Assembly (NCBI GenBank): GCA_023420895.1
Contig: JAEZUY010000021.1
Location: forward strand, 3,411 to 67,410
DNA length: 64,000 nucleotides
Origin: Bacillota bacterium
GTDB lineage: Bacteria; Bacillota; Clostridia; Tissierellales; Gottschalkiaceae
Reading direction: 5' to 3'
Positions 49,644 to 59,283 of the stretch are shown here, piece after piece (the first letter of the stretch is position 1; each line of letters starts with the position of its first letter). The position numbers and the translations under genes were made by a program. The notes under the pieces are model-generated. The model had not been told where the DNA came from and made no database searches. It saw nothing but the letters and a program-made list of their open reading frames with translations.

Positions 49644-51227
49644 TCATATGTTTTTATATTTCATTATATTTATATCTACATATCCGCTTATACTCCCGTT
49701 ACTGCTGTAAATACTGATTTTAGACAGTCTATATTCATTATTATTATTTTCATTTAAAGACAGCTCCTCCTCTAACTGATTCTCAATAAAAAGATTCTGA
49801 CTTATATATTCGAGATTTTCAGGCTTCTCTCTATAATATTTCTTTTCCTTTTCTTTTTCACAGTCTGTAAATTCAAGTCTTATTCTCGCATCCGGATTTA
49901 AATAACCGCTGTCTATACTGGACAGAATATTTATTTTTAAAATGTCGTTTCCTGTTATCTTAGCATCTTTTAAATCTATCTCCTCTGTATATTCATCGGA
50001 ATCTTTCAGATAAAATCTTCTGTCCATAAAGATTTCTCCCTTATTCCTTCTGAATCTGCTTTTTCTTTTTCCCTCCTCCCTGTCCTCATCTTCTCTTTTA
50101 AAATCTTCTATGCTCTTTCCTATTATATACTCACTGCCGTCATGAATAATATCTGCGTTCATTCCTATTATATTTTCTGAAGGATCTGATTCAGGTCCTA
50201 ATTCAGAGTTTGCTGTTCTCTCAGAACCGTAATAAAGATATTCCGACAGCGGTATTTCTATTATTTCTTTTTTCTCTTTCTTTTTTCCTGAGCCCGAATT
50301 TTTTTCAGAATTTGAATCCTTTTCCGATTTTCTGCTGCTTTTTTTATCTTTTTCCGTTCTTTCAGATTTTAATTCTGTATTTTCTTTTTCCTCTTTTTTT
50401 GAACTTTCTTCTTTTTTCTCTTCATTTTCTTTTTCCTCTTCAGATTCAGCATACTGACCGTCCTGTTCAGTGCCCTCTGTATACTCCCCGGGCTCTGGAC
50501 TTATCCTTCTTATATCGTCATTCAGCTTCTCTATATCTGATTCTCTTTCTTTATCAGCATCATAATCTGCATCTGAAATGAACTTTATTATCCTGAGCTC
50601 CGACTTCATTCTGTAAGCTTCTTCTTTTTTCTCTATAGAAGCTGACTCTAGTGAAATTCCTTTTTTAAATTCTGAAAGTCCGGATATAAATTTCCCTGTA
50701 TCCGGAAGGCTTCCTTCAGTTTCAATTTTCACAAATACTTCCTGAGAAATATCTTCCGATTTTTCTTCTCCGCCTGTATCTTCATTTGTATCTAATCCTT
50801 CAGAATCAGCCGAATTAATTGAAATTTTAATTATATCTATATTCTTATTTGAAGCTTCTTCTTTCAGAATTTCTGAAAGCTCCATATCGTCGCAGTTTAT
50901 AAAAAACCTGCCGGTTTCTCTTTCCAGCGCTTCAATTCTCAAGCTGCTTTTATCTTCCTCACTGCCTATATTCTGAAGAATATTCCTGCTTTCTTCTATC
51001 TTCTTCTCAGTCAGTTTCAGTCTTTTTCTGTATTCTGAAATATTCCCGGAACTTGCTGCCGTAAATCCCGTTAAAGGAATTAAAATTAACACTGAAATTA
51101 CAATCTGAGATATCAGCTTTGATTTTAAACCCTTTTTTGTAAACCTTTTTTTCTGAAGAAACTCTTTGATTTCTTCAGGAATTATTTTGTATAGTTTTAT
51201 TCTTAATAACTCAATCTTTTTAATCAT
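49644..51227 (-). CDS. PilO-like membrane protein with long charged linker and extra C-terminal domain
   Basis: Single TM plus coiled coil plus EGSLPDTGKFISGL pattern; last gene of the pilus operon. Confidence 0.5.
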   Translation of the reverse strand: MIKKIELLRIKLYKIIPEEIKEFLQKKRFTKKGLKSKLISQIVISVLILIPLTGFTAASSGNISEYRKRLKLTEKKIEESRNILQNIGSEEDKSSLRIEALERETGRFFINCDDMELSEILKEEASNKNIDIIKISINSADSEGLDTNEDTGGEEKSEDISQEVFVKIETEGSLPDTGKFISGLSEFKKGISLESASIEKKEEAYRMKSELRIIKFISDADYDADKERESDIEKLNDDIRRISPEPGEYTEGTEQDGQYAESEEEKENEEKKEESSKKEEKENTELKSERTEKDKKSSRKSEKDSNSEKNSGSGKKKEKKEIIEIPLSEYLYYGSERTANSELGPESDPSENIIGMNADIIHDGSEYIIGKSIEDFKREDEDREEGKRKSRFRRNKGEIFMDRRFYLKDSDEYTEEIDLKDAKITGNDILKINILSSIDSGYLNPDARIRLEFTDCEKEKEKKYYREKPENLEYISQNLFIENQLEEELSLNENNNNEYRLSKISIYSSNGSISGYVDINIMKYKNI

Positions 51228-51231
51228 TTTA

Positions 51232-51729
51232 TCAGTCCGTCTTTTCTTCCACCACTATATTGAGGATATTTCCCTTGTCTGTATCTTCAGAATCTTTTAT
51301 TCTGATTTTAAATTTTTTACTTAAATCCGATGTGAATTCTGAAAACGGCTCATCATCTGATATTATAAAAAACTCCTTCTTTCCATTCCTCAGAACGGCT
51401 TTTTCTATAAAAACTGCTTCCGGACACATATCGATAACTTCACTGAATTTCCTGTAAGCTGAAATTTCTTCTTTGTCTAAAATTTCCTCAGCTCTGTCTC
51501 TTACTCTTTCCAAATCTCTGCAGCGGGCTTTCGCTTCAAAAACTTTCTGCAGCCTGGAATCACTCTGAATATCGTCCAGTTTCACAATTTTTTCCTGTAA
51601 CACTGAACCGAACTTCTTTTCAGAAATTTTAAATACAGACAGTAAAATCAAATTGACAACTGCCGCTGCAATCAGAATATTTCTTACTGCCGTAAGAAAG
51701 CTTGTTTTCCTGTCTCTAAAGAAATTCAT
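51232..51729 (-). CDS. PilN-like protein
   Basis: N-terminal TM, coiled coil, CPEAVFIE; positioned after the PilM-like gene. Confidence 0.5.
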   Translation of the reverse strand: MNFFRDRKTSFLTAVRNILIAAAVVNLILLSVFKISEKKFGSVLQEKIVKLDDIQSDSRLQKVFEAKARCRDLERVRDRAEEILDKEEISAYRKFSEVIDMCPEAVFIEKAVLRNGKKEFFIISDDEPFSEFTSDLSKKFKIRIKDSEDTDKGNILNIVVEEKTD

Positions 51730-51731
51730 TT

Positions 51732-52541
51732 TTAATATAGAGAAATAACCGAATTTATATACTTGGGATTTTCTTTCAAAGCCTTTATTATTTCCCTGTC
51801 CGCTTTGATTTTCATAAATCCTGAATCCAGAATATCATAGGCATCTATATTAGAATCTTTCAGAAGTTTCTCTTCACTTTCGCTGAGATCTCTTCCATAG
51901 AAGAAAAGTCTGTCTATAGGTCTTTGCAGAATTTCCATTCCGAAATATTTTATTAGCCCGACTGGGGAATCGATGCTGTCCGAATCATACGATTTGAAAA
52001 ACACCATTTCTCTGTCTTCGTAAATGCTGACATCCGTCCTTCCTTCAGCAAAATATATTACTGCTTCCGAGCTCTTTCTTCTGTCTCTTGAGTATTCGGC
52101 AAGCTTTGAAAAATGAGGACTGAAGTATTTTGCTCTGAGCCTCAGAGTATCCGAAAGCTCTCTGTAGCTTTCTACAAAATCCTTTTTAATTGAAACGTAT
52201 ACTTTCTTCTGAAAATTCTCTCTCTCAAATATCATGCTTCTGACTAAAAATTCTGATTCATATTTTTCCTCAATGAGTTCTCTGTACTCTTCTTCTGATT
52301 CAAATTCATGAATATCAGTATCTTCTTCTAATATCAGCTTATCCGAACCTACAGATATATTGAGATTATCGAATACATTCCACTTATAGTTCTCCTTCAA
52401 GTAGTCTTCAAGGTAATCTGTGTTCATAGAATCCATGTTTATCTCATTTATTTTATCAATGTAAAACTCCCCATGCCTGAAAATGCCGCTAGATATATAT
52501 GCCTTTCTGTCTTCCAAAAAAACACTTATAGTTCTGTTCAA
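51732..52541 (-). CDS. PilM-like cytoplasmic protein (divergent)
   Basis: Soluble 269-aa protein with actin-like patterns (FVESY..L.L, AVIYF.EGRTDVSIY); operon position. Confidence 0.5.
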   Translation of the reverse strand: MNRTISVFLEDRKAYISSGIFRHGEFYIDKINEINMDSMNTDYLEDYLKENYKWNVFDNLNISVGSDKLILEEDTDIHEFESEEEYRELIEEKYESEFLVRSMIFERENFQKKVYVSIKKDFVESYRELSDTLRLRAKYFSPHFSKLAEYSRDRRKSSEAVIYFAEGRTDVSIYEDREMVFFKSYDSDSIDSPVGLIKYFGMEILQRPIDRLFFYGRDLSESEEKLLKDSNIDAYDILDSGFMKIKADREIIKALKENPKYINSVISLY

Positions 52542-52606
52542 TCTGAACTTCTCCTTTCTGATAATATATTTTCAGTCTGTTAAAATCCCAGTCAATAATC
52601 GTGTAT

Positions 52607-53254
52607 TTAGAAAAAACTTCCGTAAAGCAGGGTGAATACTGCTGAAACTGATATGAACGGCGCAAAAGGTATTCTGCTCTTTCTGTCTTTAAATCTGAAT
52701 ACGATCAAAAAAACTGATATCACAGCGCCGAAAACAAAACTGAGCACAAAAAGAGATATAGTGTCTCTAAGTGTCAAAAAACTGCTCAATGCTAAAAAAA
52801 GCTTAAAGTCGCCGTGTCCTATTCCATCTGAATCTATCCTGTATATGAGAAAGAAGACCGCCGCTATGAACAGCATTCCTTTGAGCGATGAAATTATATA
52901 TGAAGATTTTTCATAAACGATAAGTCTGTGCAGATGAAATACAGATGAGAGAGCAAAGATTGATAAATTGAGTTCATCCGGAACTATCATATACTGAAGA
53001 TCCGCTGATATGACTGTCATTAAAATTCCTGAAATCAGTACAACAGCAATCAGCTCTAAACCGGAATAGCCTCTCTCTATAAAAGCATTAGAAAGTCCTG
53101 CCGAAAAAATAGATACTGTCACCGAAAATACGGCATTATGGCCTCTGTCCCAATGCTCTTCTTCTGATATTTCTTCTGCAATTCTGTTTCTCAAGTTTTC
53201 TGAATATATTAACGAAAATAAACAGAGAGATATTCCTGAAATAAAAGGAATCAT
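52607..53254 (-). CDS. pilD: prepilin peptidase (A24)
   Basis: Catalytic Asp motifs ADLQYMIVPD and GIGHGDFKL; IPFAPFI. No N-terminal Cys-pair domain. Confidence 0.9.
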   Translation of the reverse strand: MIPFISGISLCLFSLIYSENLRNRIAEEISEEEHWDRGHNAVFSVTVSIFSAGLSNAFIERGYSGLELIAVVLISGILMTVISADLQYMIVPDELNLSIFALSSVFHLHRLIVYEKSSYIISSLKGMLFIAAVFFLIYRIDSDGIGHGDFKLFLALSSFLTLRDTISLFVLSFVFGAVISVFLIVFRFKDRKSRIPFAPFISVSAVFTLLYGSFF

Positions 53255-53368
53255 ATTTTCCCCTCTCTTTCTGATTTTTATTTTTAACTGGAAATTAACT
53301 GAAAAATGATTTTCTTAACTGTGTATTTCTTCTTGATTTTATAATTTAAAACTGATGATTTTATAGAG

Positions 53369-53394
53369 AAACTGAGCGGCAGAATACCGCTCAG
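53369..53394 (-). terminator. hairpin/terminator after the pilin gene
   Basis: CTGAGCGG/CCGCTCAG stem with a short U tail. Confidence 0.7.
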
Positions 53395-53437
53395 CTCCTC
53401 ACTTTCAGCAGATTCAGCATAATGTTAATTTCAGAAT

Positions 53438-53845
53438 CTAAGGTTCTGTTATAGTGTCTGCTTCTGCTCTTTCACTTTTCTTTTCAGGGTAAGCTTCTTC
53501 TGTTCCGTATTTTACTGATATGGTGTTATTGTCTAGAATTTCAAAATTTATTGAATTGTCACCCGGTCCTGAACCGTACATATCTGATACGGGCTGACCG
53601 TCGAAGTTTTCTTCAATCAGATCTGCTCTTTTGAAGTCCTCAATCGTCAGACTTCCCTGTTTTTTCCCATTTTCAGCTATATAGAGCTTTGCGGCATTTG
53701 CAACATCGGCCGCATTTGCCTCATCCACAGCTATTTTAGCTTTTTCAGTCATTCCAAAGAGATTCATCGCTCCTATAACTGAGATTATCCCTATTATTGC
53801 GATGACTACGAGAAGCTCTATTAAGCTGAAACCTTTATTGTTCAA
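53438..53845 (-). CDS. type IV pilin
   Basis: Class III signal KG|FSLIELLVVIAIIGII with E+5. Confidence 0.95.
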   Translation of the reverse strand: MNNKGFSLIELLVVIAIIGIISVIGAMNLFGMTEKAKIAVDEANAADVANAAKLYIAENGKKQGSLTIEDFKRADLIEENFDGQPVSDMYGSGPGDNSINFEILDNNTISVKYGTEEAYPEKKSERAEADTITEP

Positions 53846-53860
53846 TATTTCACCCCTTTC

Positions 53861-54907
53861 CTAAAGCCCTGCTGCGCTGTACATATTCATCATTGGGAGA
53901 AAAACTGTTATTACTACGAAGAATACGAGGAGTGAGATTAATATAATCATAACCGGTTCGATGAGTGAAACCAGTTTTTTAAGCGAATTAGAAAGCTCCT
54001 CTTCAAAAAAATTTGACAGCAAGAATAGTGATTCTTCTAAAGTTCCAGTTTCTTCTCCGACTAAAATTACAGTTTTCATCATATCGGGAAAACAGTCTAT
54101 ATTTTTTACTGAACTGAAAAGTCCCTTCCCTGTCTTTATTCTATGGTTTAAATCCCGGAGAGATTTTCTGTAAAGCGGACTGGAAACGCATTTTTCTGCC
54201 ATTTCCAGAGATTCGCTCATTCCTATCCCTGATGAAAAAAGCATGCTCAGCACTTTGCATATATGAGCTGTGTTTATATTTTCAACAGCCTTTCCTACGG
54301 CTGGAAGCCGCAGGATAAGACTGCTAAATTTCATTCTGACTTTCGGTATGCTGAAAACTCTTAAGCTTATTATAATTAAAATGAATGTGAAAATAGAAAT
54401 TCTGAATATGTTTGTTCCTATAAACTGGGCCGCTGAAATAGATATCCTGCTGATCTCAGGAAGCTCAGCATCCATCTTTTCAAACAGCTCTATAAAATTG
54501 GGCATTACGTAGACCATTATTACTATAAAGACTAAAACTGCCGCAGAAGCCAGAATAATCGGATAAGTCATGGCCGCCGCTATTTCTTTTTCATTTTTTC
54601 TTCTGCCTGAATAATATTCCGAAAGCTCCTCGAAGACGTTTTCCATATTCCCGCTCTTCTCGCCAATCTCAATCATTTTTATGAAGAACTGAGGAAATAC
54701 GCCGCTTTCTTTCTGCCAGGATTTATATATGAGATTTCCTCTCTCAATATCCCTCTTTATGTTTTTCAGACTTTTCCTGAGTTTCTTTTCAGCAGTCTGT
54801 CCCGAAACTATATCCAGAGTTCTGTCTATGCTTACACCGGCGCTCATAAGTAGAGAAATGTATTTAGATAGATTTGAGAGTTCGTCAGATGAAGCTCTTT
54901 TTTTCAC
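53861..54907 (-). CDS. pilC: type IV pilus platform protein (GspF family)
   Basis: Motifs GEKSGNM, AMTYP, GEETGTL, LIEP. Confidence 0.93.
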   Translation of the reverse strand: MKKRASSDELSNLSKYISLLMSAGVSIDRTLDIVSGQTAEKKLRKSLKNIKRDIERGNLIYKSWQKESGVFPQFFIKMIEIGEKSGNMENVFEELSEYYSGRRKNEKEIAAAMTYPIILASAAVLVFIVIMVYVMPNFIELFEKMDAELPEISRISISAAQFIGTNIFRISIFTFILIIISLRVFSIPKVRMKFSSLILRLPAVGKAVENINTAHICKVLSMLFSSGIGMSESLEMAEKCVSSPLYRKSLRDLNHRIKTGKGLFSSVKNIDCFPDMMKTVILVGEETGTLEESLFLLSNFFEEELSNSLKKLVSLIEPVMIILISLLVFFVVITVFLPMMNMYSAAGL

Positions 54908-55868
54908 TTATATGCTCCAGATATCTTTCCTTGGTCATCATGCCCAGCTCTCTGCTCACAGAAATGGCATCCTGTATCTGAAATATTCTGTTTTTTCTAA
55001 TCATATTTCTAACTGCACTGTTTGGAACGAGTATCTCGAATACCGGATATATTCCGTTTCTGCAAGTTCGAAGCTCTTGCGAGAGGACAAGCTTAAGAGT
55101 TCTAGACAGCTGATACCGTATTTGAGACTGGCTATTCTCTCTGCTCATCTCTGATATTCTCTCTACAGTCTCTGCAGCGGAATTCGTGTGAAGAGTGCTT
55201 ATAACAAGATGTCCCGTTTCCGCGGCTCTCAGCGCTATTTCAAGAGATTCTCTGTCTCTTATCTCTCCTACTGCAATTATATCTGGATCCTGTCTGAGAC
55301 TGGCTTTTAAAGCCGATTCAAAACTGTCGGCATCCCTTCCTATTTCTATCTGAGTAACAAGAGAGCTGCCGCTTTCATGTCTGTATTCTACAGGATCTTC
55401 TATCATGATTATATGCTTATTTTTCTTTCTGCTTATTTCGGAAATCACAGCTGAAAGAGTGGTCGACTTTCCGCTTCCTGTAGCGCCTGTTATAAGAATG
55501 AGACCCTGTTCCGAAAATATCAGCTTTTCAGCTTCTTCTGGAAGCTTCAGACTTTCAAGCGTGACTTTTTTCTTTCCGAGAATTCTCACAGCTATATTCT
55601 TGCCCTCCTCCGTCCTGTATATATTCATTCTGAGTCTGAGATTTTTGATTCCAATTCCTTTATCGATACTTCCATATCTGTTGAATTTTTCCTCATCATT
55701 TAAATCAGCATATCTGCTAAAAAATGACTCTATTTCTTCTTTCTCAGTTCTAAGACTGTGCTTATTTATTTCTCTGTTTTTTCTACAGTATATTTCCCCT
55801 TCAGCTTTTATATGTATATCCGTCGCTCCTTCTTCTGAAATACATTTTATTAACTCTTCCAGATTCAA
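54885..55868 (-). CDS. pilT: type IV pilus retraction ATPase
   Basis: [36 protein letters not shown], and AVRNMIR (AIRNLIRE-like). Confidence 0.92.
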   Translation of the reverse strand: MNLEELIKCISEEGATDIHIKAEGEIYCRKNREINKHSLRTEKEEIESFFSRYADLNDEEKFNRYGSIDKGIGIKNLRLRMNIYRTEEGKNIAVRILGKKKVTLESLKLPEEAEKLIFSEQGLILITGATGSGKSTTLSAVISEISRKKNKHIIMIEDPVEYRHESGSSLVTQIEIGRDADSFESALKASLRQDPDIIAVGEIRDRESLEIALRAAETGHLVISTLHTNSAAETVERISEMSRENSQSQIRYQLSRTLKLVLSQELRTCRNGIYPVFEILVPNSAVRNMIRKNRIFQIQDAISVSRELGMMTKERYLEHISEKKSFI

Positions 55869-57544
55869 TTTGATCCCTCCAATTTTTCTTCCCTGCTGTA
55901 GTATTCAAAATAGTCTTCGCAATTCATTCTGCTGTCTTTTACGAGTGAAATCATTCTATCCTGAAGACTTCTGAATTCTCTTTTTTTAAGCTCTTTTCTT
56001 ATTTCTGAAATAGAATTTATCTTTCCGAATATTTCTCTTAGACCGCTGTCCATTTCCAGTATTTCTACTACCGGTTTTCTAGACGTATATCCTCTGTTTG
56101 AACATTTTTCACATCCGCCGGACTCATATATTCTGTCCATATTGAAAATTTCGTCTATAAACGGCCTTATATTTTCATCAATATCTTTTATTTCAAGACA
56201 TTCTCTGCAGTTTTCCCTGTAAAGTCTCTGCGATATTACTGCTTTAAGCGCTGAAACTGCAAGATGCTTCTCAACTCCCATATCTACCAGTCTGTAAATA
56301 GTTGAAGGCCCGTCTTCTGTATGAACGGTGCTTATGACCAGATGCCCTGTTATAGAAGCATTTACAGCCATTCTCGCCGTTTCTTCATCCCGGATTTCCC
56401 CTACTACGATTATGTCCGGATCCTGTCTTAAAACGTGTCTTAATATGCTTCCGAATCCAAGACCTATTTCGGAATTGACCTGAATCTGATTTACTCCTTC
56501 AATTTTGCATTCAACAGGCTCCTCTATGCTTATTATATTTTTCTCTTTAGAATTTAACTCTTTGATTATAGAGTAAAGCATGGTGGACTTTCCGCTTCCA
56601 GTAGGTCCTGTTATGAGTATTAATCCCTGTTTCTGTCTGATTATTCTCTTTATCTTCTCAGAATCAGTCTTTTCGAGCCCCAGCCTGTCTATATCAAGAA
56701 GTCCTGTGTCCTTGCTGACTATTCTGAGTACGAGCTTTTCTCCAAAAAGAGTCGGTACGAAAGATGACCTTATATCCAGTCTTTTTCCGGCCGAATCTAT
56801 TTCGAAACTTCCGTCCTGAGGTCTTCTCTTCTCTGCTATATCGAGTCTGGACATGAGTTTCATCTTAGATACTAAATTCGGGTATATTGCATTCGGTATT
56901 TCTACAAATTTCCTCAGTATTCCGTCTATCCTGAATCTCACATTCACTTTATCTCTTCCCGGATCAAAATGTATATCAGACGCAGATTCAATAACAGCCC
57001 TGTAAATGACAGATTTTATAAGTCTGCTGAGACCGTCTCTTTCAGAATCTGAGCCTTCTTTTGTAGAAACGTTTTCCGAAATCATATTTATTTCTCTCTC
57101 CAGAATATCTTTCTGGAAATATTCGTCCTGCTTGTCTTTTATATTTTTTAATTCTGAAAAAAGAGGAACTATATTGAGTGATGCGGCTTTTCTCAATTTA
57201 TCTAAATGAAATATATTCATAGGTTCTGCCATAGCCATATGTATATTTCCGTCTTCAATAGTGCATGGAAATGATTTGGCAGACTGAAGAGTTTCAAGAT
57301 CTACTGATGAAACTGTCTCCATATCCGGATATATATTTTTAAGATCTACTGATTCTATACCGTATCTGCTTTTCAAAAGATTTATAAAATCTTTTTTCTC
57401 AAGAATGCCCAGCTGTATAAGACTCTCTTCAAACGTGGTTTCATTCAGCTTTGAATATTCCTGAGCCTCCTTTTTCTGCGAAATATTTATCAGTTTCTCT
57501 TCCATGAGAATTTTATCGATTTTTGAAATATTGAGATTGAACAA
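55865..57544 (-). CDS. pilB: type IV pilus assembly ATPase (GspE/PulE family)
   Basis: ASDIH, RRPQDG, GPTGSGKST, LRQDPD, two CxxC pairs. TTG at 57544 follows GGAGGG. Confidence 0.95.
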   Translation of the reverse strand: MFNLNISKIDKILMEEKLINISQKKEAQEYSKLNETTFEESLIQLGILEKKDFINLLKSRYGIESVDLKNIYPDMETVSSVDLETLQSAKSFPCTIEDGNIHMAMAEPMNIFHLDKLRKAASLNIVPLFSELKNIKDKQDEYFQKDILEREINMISENVSTKEGSDSERDGLSRLIKSVIYRAVIESASDIHFDPGRDKVNVRFRIDGILRKFVEIPNAIYPNLVSKMKLMSRLDIAEKRRPQDGSFEIDSAGKRLDIRSSFVPTLFGEKLVLRIVSKDTGLLDIDRLGLEKTDSEKIKRIIRQKQGLILITGPTGSGKSTMLYSIIKELNSKEKNIISIEEPVECKIEGVNQIQVNSEIGLGFGSILRHVLRQDPDIIVVGEIRDEETARMAVNASITGHLVISTVHTEDGPSTIYRLVDMGVEKHLAVSALKAVISQRLYRENCRECLEIKDIDENIRPFIDEIFNMDRIYESGGCEKCSNRGYTSRKPVVEILEMDSGLREIFGKINSISEIRKELKKREFRSLQDRMISLVKDSRMNCEDYFEYYSREEKLEGSN

Positions 57545-57659
57545 ATTTATCCCTCCAGATTTTATATATCTAAATATGGAATATTCAGCTAATCCAAAAA
57601 ACACTGAATTTTTAAATCGAAAAACTAAAATGATTTAAAAGAACTGCCTTTCATGCAAG

Positions 57660-57688
57660 ACTATATTATATTAAATTATATATGTCAA
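57660..57688 (-). promoter_or_regulatory. sigma-A-type promoter of the pilus operon
   Basis: TTGACA-17-TATAGT. Confidence 0.7.
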
Positions 57689-57791
57689 GCCTTTTTTTGA
57701 ATAATTTTAAATAAAAATATTTTTTTCTTCATTTGTGCAAAAAAATAAAGAGCTTCAAACCTCATGGTTATCCACTCTTCAATAGTCTTAT

Positions 57792-58166
57792 TTACTTTCT
57801 TCTATCTTCTATTTCCAATTCTAAAAGTGTAGCGTTTACTATGTAAGACACACATACACTTATTAATATATGCAATTCTATCGGTATTGCTTCTTTCATC
57901 TGAGCCAGTATAATCACTTCTATAAGGAAAATCAGAATATTCACTATAAGCATAAATATTAATTTGCTCTTCGTAATTACGTACTTGATTTTTCCCACAA
58001 GGGAAAGCATTATACCTGTCAGATAAGGCATAAACATATCATAGAATATTAGAGGCGCTGGCATATAAGTTATTTCTCTGTCTGAATAGAAAGCATTCAG
58101 ACCTATCGAGAAAATTATCAGAAAAGCTATAGGCACCAAAAATCTGTATAAAAGTCTCTTGCGCAT
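57792..58166 (-). CDS. hypothetical 4-TM membrane protein
   Basis: Four hydrophobic segments; SD AAGGAA. Confidence 0.7.
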   Translation of the reverse strand: MRKRLLYRFLVPIAFLIIFSIGLNAFYSDREITYMPAPLIFYDMFMPYLTGIMLSLVGKIKYVITKSKLIFMLIVNILIFLIEVIILAQMKEAIPIELHILISVCVSYIVNATLLELEIEDRRK

Positions 58167-58231
58167 TACTGATTTCCTTTCATTCCCTTAAAATTCTTAA
58201 ATAATTATATCACATTTAGACTCTTTAATGG

Positions 58232-58264
58232 AAAAAAAGAGAGAAACATATATTTCTCTCTTTT
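58232..58264 (-). terminator. intrinsic terminator
   Basis: AAAAGAGAGAAA/TTTCTCTCTTTT inverted repeat. Confidence 0.7.
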
Positions 58265-58277
58265 CCTATATTCTATC

Positions 58278-58598
58278 CTATTTATTTTCTTTAAGTACTA
58301 AAACTCTTGCTGGTGTCGCTGATATGAAATCAGGATCAACGTAACCGTTTTTTATAAGATCTATCATTGCATTGTAGAATTCCATTGAACTCATTTTTGA
58401 TTCCTGAAGCATCGGATAAAGTCCCATTGCTTCCGGCTGTTCTCTTCCTGAAAGTTCATAAAGATATTCATATAGATGAGCCGATTTTTCATCTACTCCT
58501 TCTATTTTCGATTTCACATCCTCGCCTTCAGCCAGTTTTACAAAGTACGGCTCGTTAGGATATTCTATCGTATAGTTCCCTGAATAATGTGCTGACAT
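58278..58598 (-). CDS. hypothetical protein, 106 aa
   Basis: SD AGGGGG, upstream TATAAT, followed by a terminator. Confidence 0.7.
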   Translation of the reverse strand: MSAHYSGNYTIEYPNEPYFVKLAEGEDVKSKIEGVDEKSAHLYEYLYELSGREQPEAMGLYPMLQESKMSSMEFYNAMIDLIKNGYVDPDFISATPARVLVLKENK

Positions 58599-58775
58599 AT
58601 TATTACCCCCTAAATAAAGTTCGATTAAGTATATTATACCCGAAAAGCAGATATTTAACCATATAATCGCTCTAGGATAGCGGTTATATTGTATTATTCT
58701 GCAATTTAGGTGATTTTTTAAGTTTCAAAGCGGAAAAAAGAATTTTTCACTGCCTGTTTTTTATAATTGATAAGC

Positions 58776-59213
58776 TTAGAAGATTATAGGTTCTTTTTCA
58801 TAATCAAGAAGATTTTTCAGAATTTCCGAAAGTTCCTGTCCTATATCCTTAGGAGGTCTGAAACCTTTATATCTGTCCTTCTTTCCTGCTGATTTATAGA
58901 CTGTGAGTTTCCATTCTCCGCATCCTGCAAGCGGCACATCGGTTTCTTCCGTCTCTATATTCGTAAAATCTATTTTTGAAAACAGCTTTTCATCAAGATA
59001 TTCTGCCGGCACTTTATATTCATATTCAACTTCAACCGGATACGACTTGCCGTCTACTATTGAATTTCCTATGCCTCTGTTAAATTCCAGTTTCACCTTC
59101 CCGCGATTTCTGTTTATTTCCAGTTTGCATCTTGTATAATCTGTCACTTTTTCGAGATTTCTGATATAGTACTTGAGTTCTATTCCTTTTACATTTTCAT
59201 TCATTTTTATCAC
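58776..59213 (-). CDS. hypothetical protein, 145 aa
   Basis: Co-oriented ORF with normal composition; hairpin at 58661-58689 downstream. Confidence 0.65.
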   Translation of the reverse strand: MIKMNENVKGIELKYYIRNLEKVTDYTRCKLEINRNRGKVKLEFNRGIGNSIVDGKSYPVEVEYEYKVPAEYLDEKLFSKIDFTNIETEETDVPLAGCGEWKLTVYKSAGKKDRYKGFRPPKDIGQELSEILKNLLDYEKEPIIF

Positions 59214-59283
59214 ATCTTTCTCTTAAAATGGTATTTCAAAACTTTATGAATCCGTAAATCTTAAAATCTCTAAAGAAAATTTC

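Noticed and set aside
20340..50460. Repetitive-looking tracts at about 20340-20560, 28600-29000, 29740-30010 and 50270-50460
   Set aside because: They are low-complexity Lys/Glu/Ser/Asp linkers inside CDSs, not CRISPR arrays or DNA repeats.
57545..57790. Possible c-di-GMP riboswitch upstream of the pilus operon
   Set aside because: The leader is AT-rich and lacks recognisable class I or class II conserved cores.
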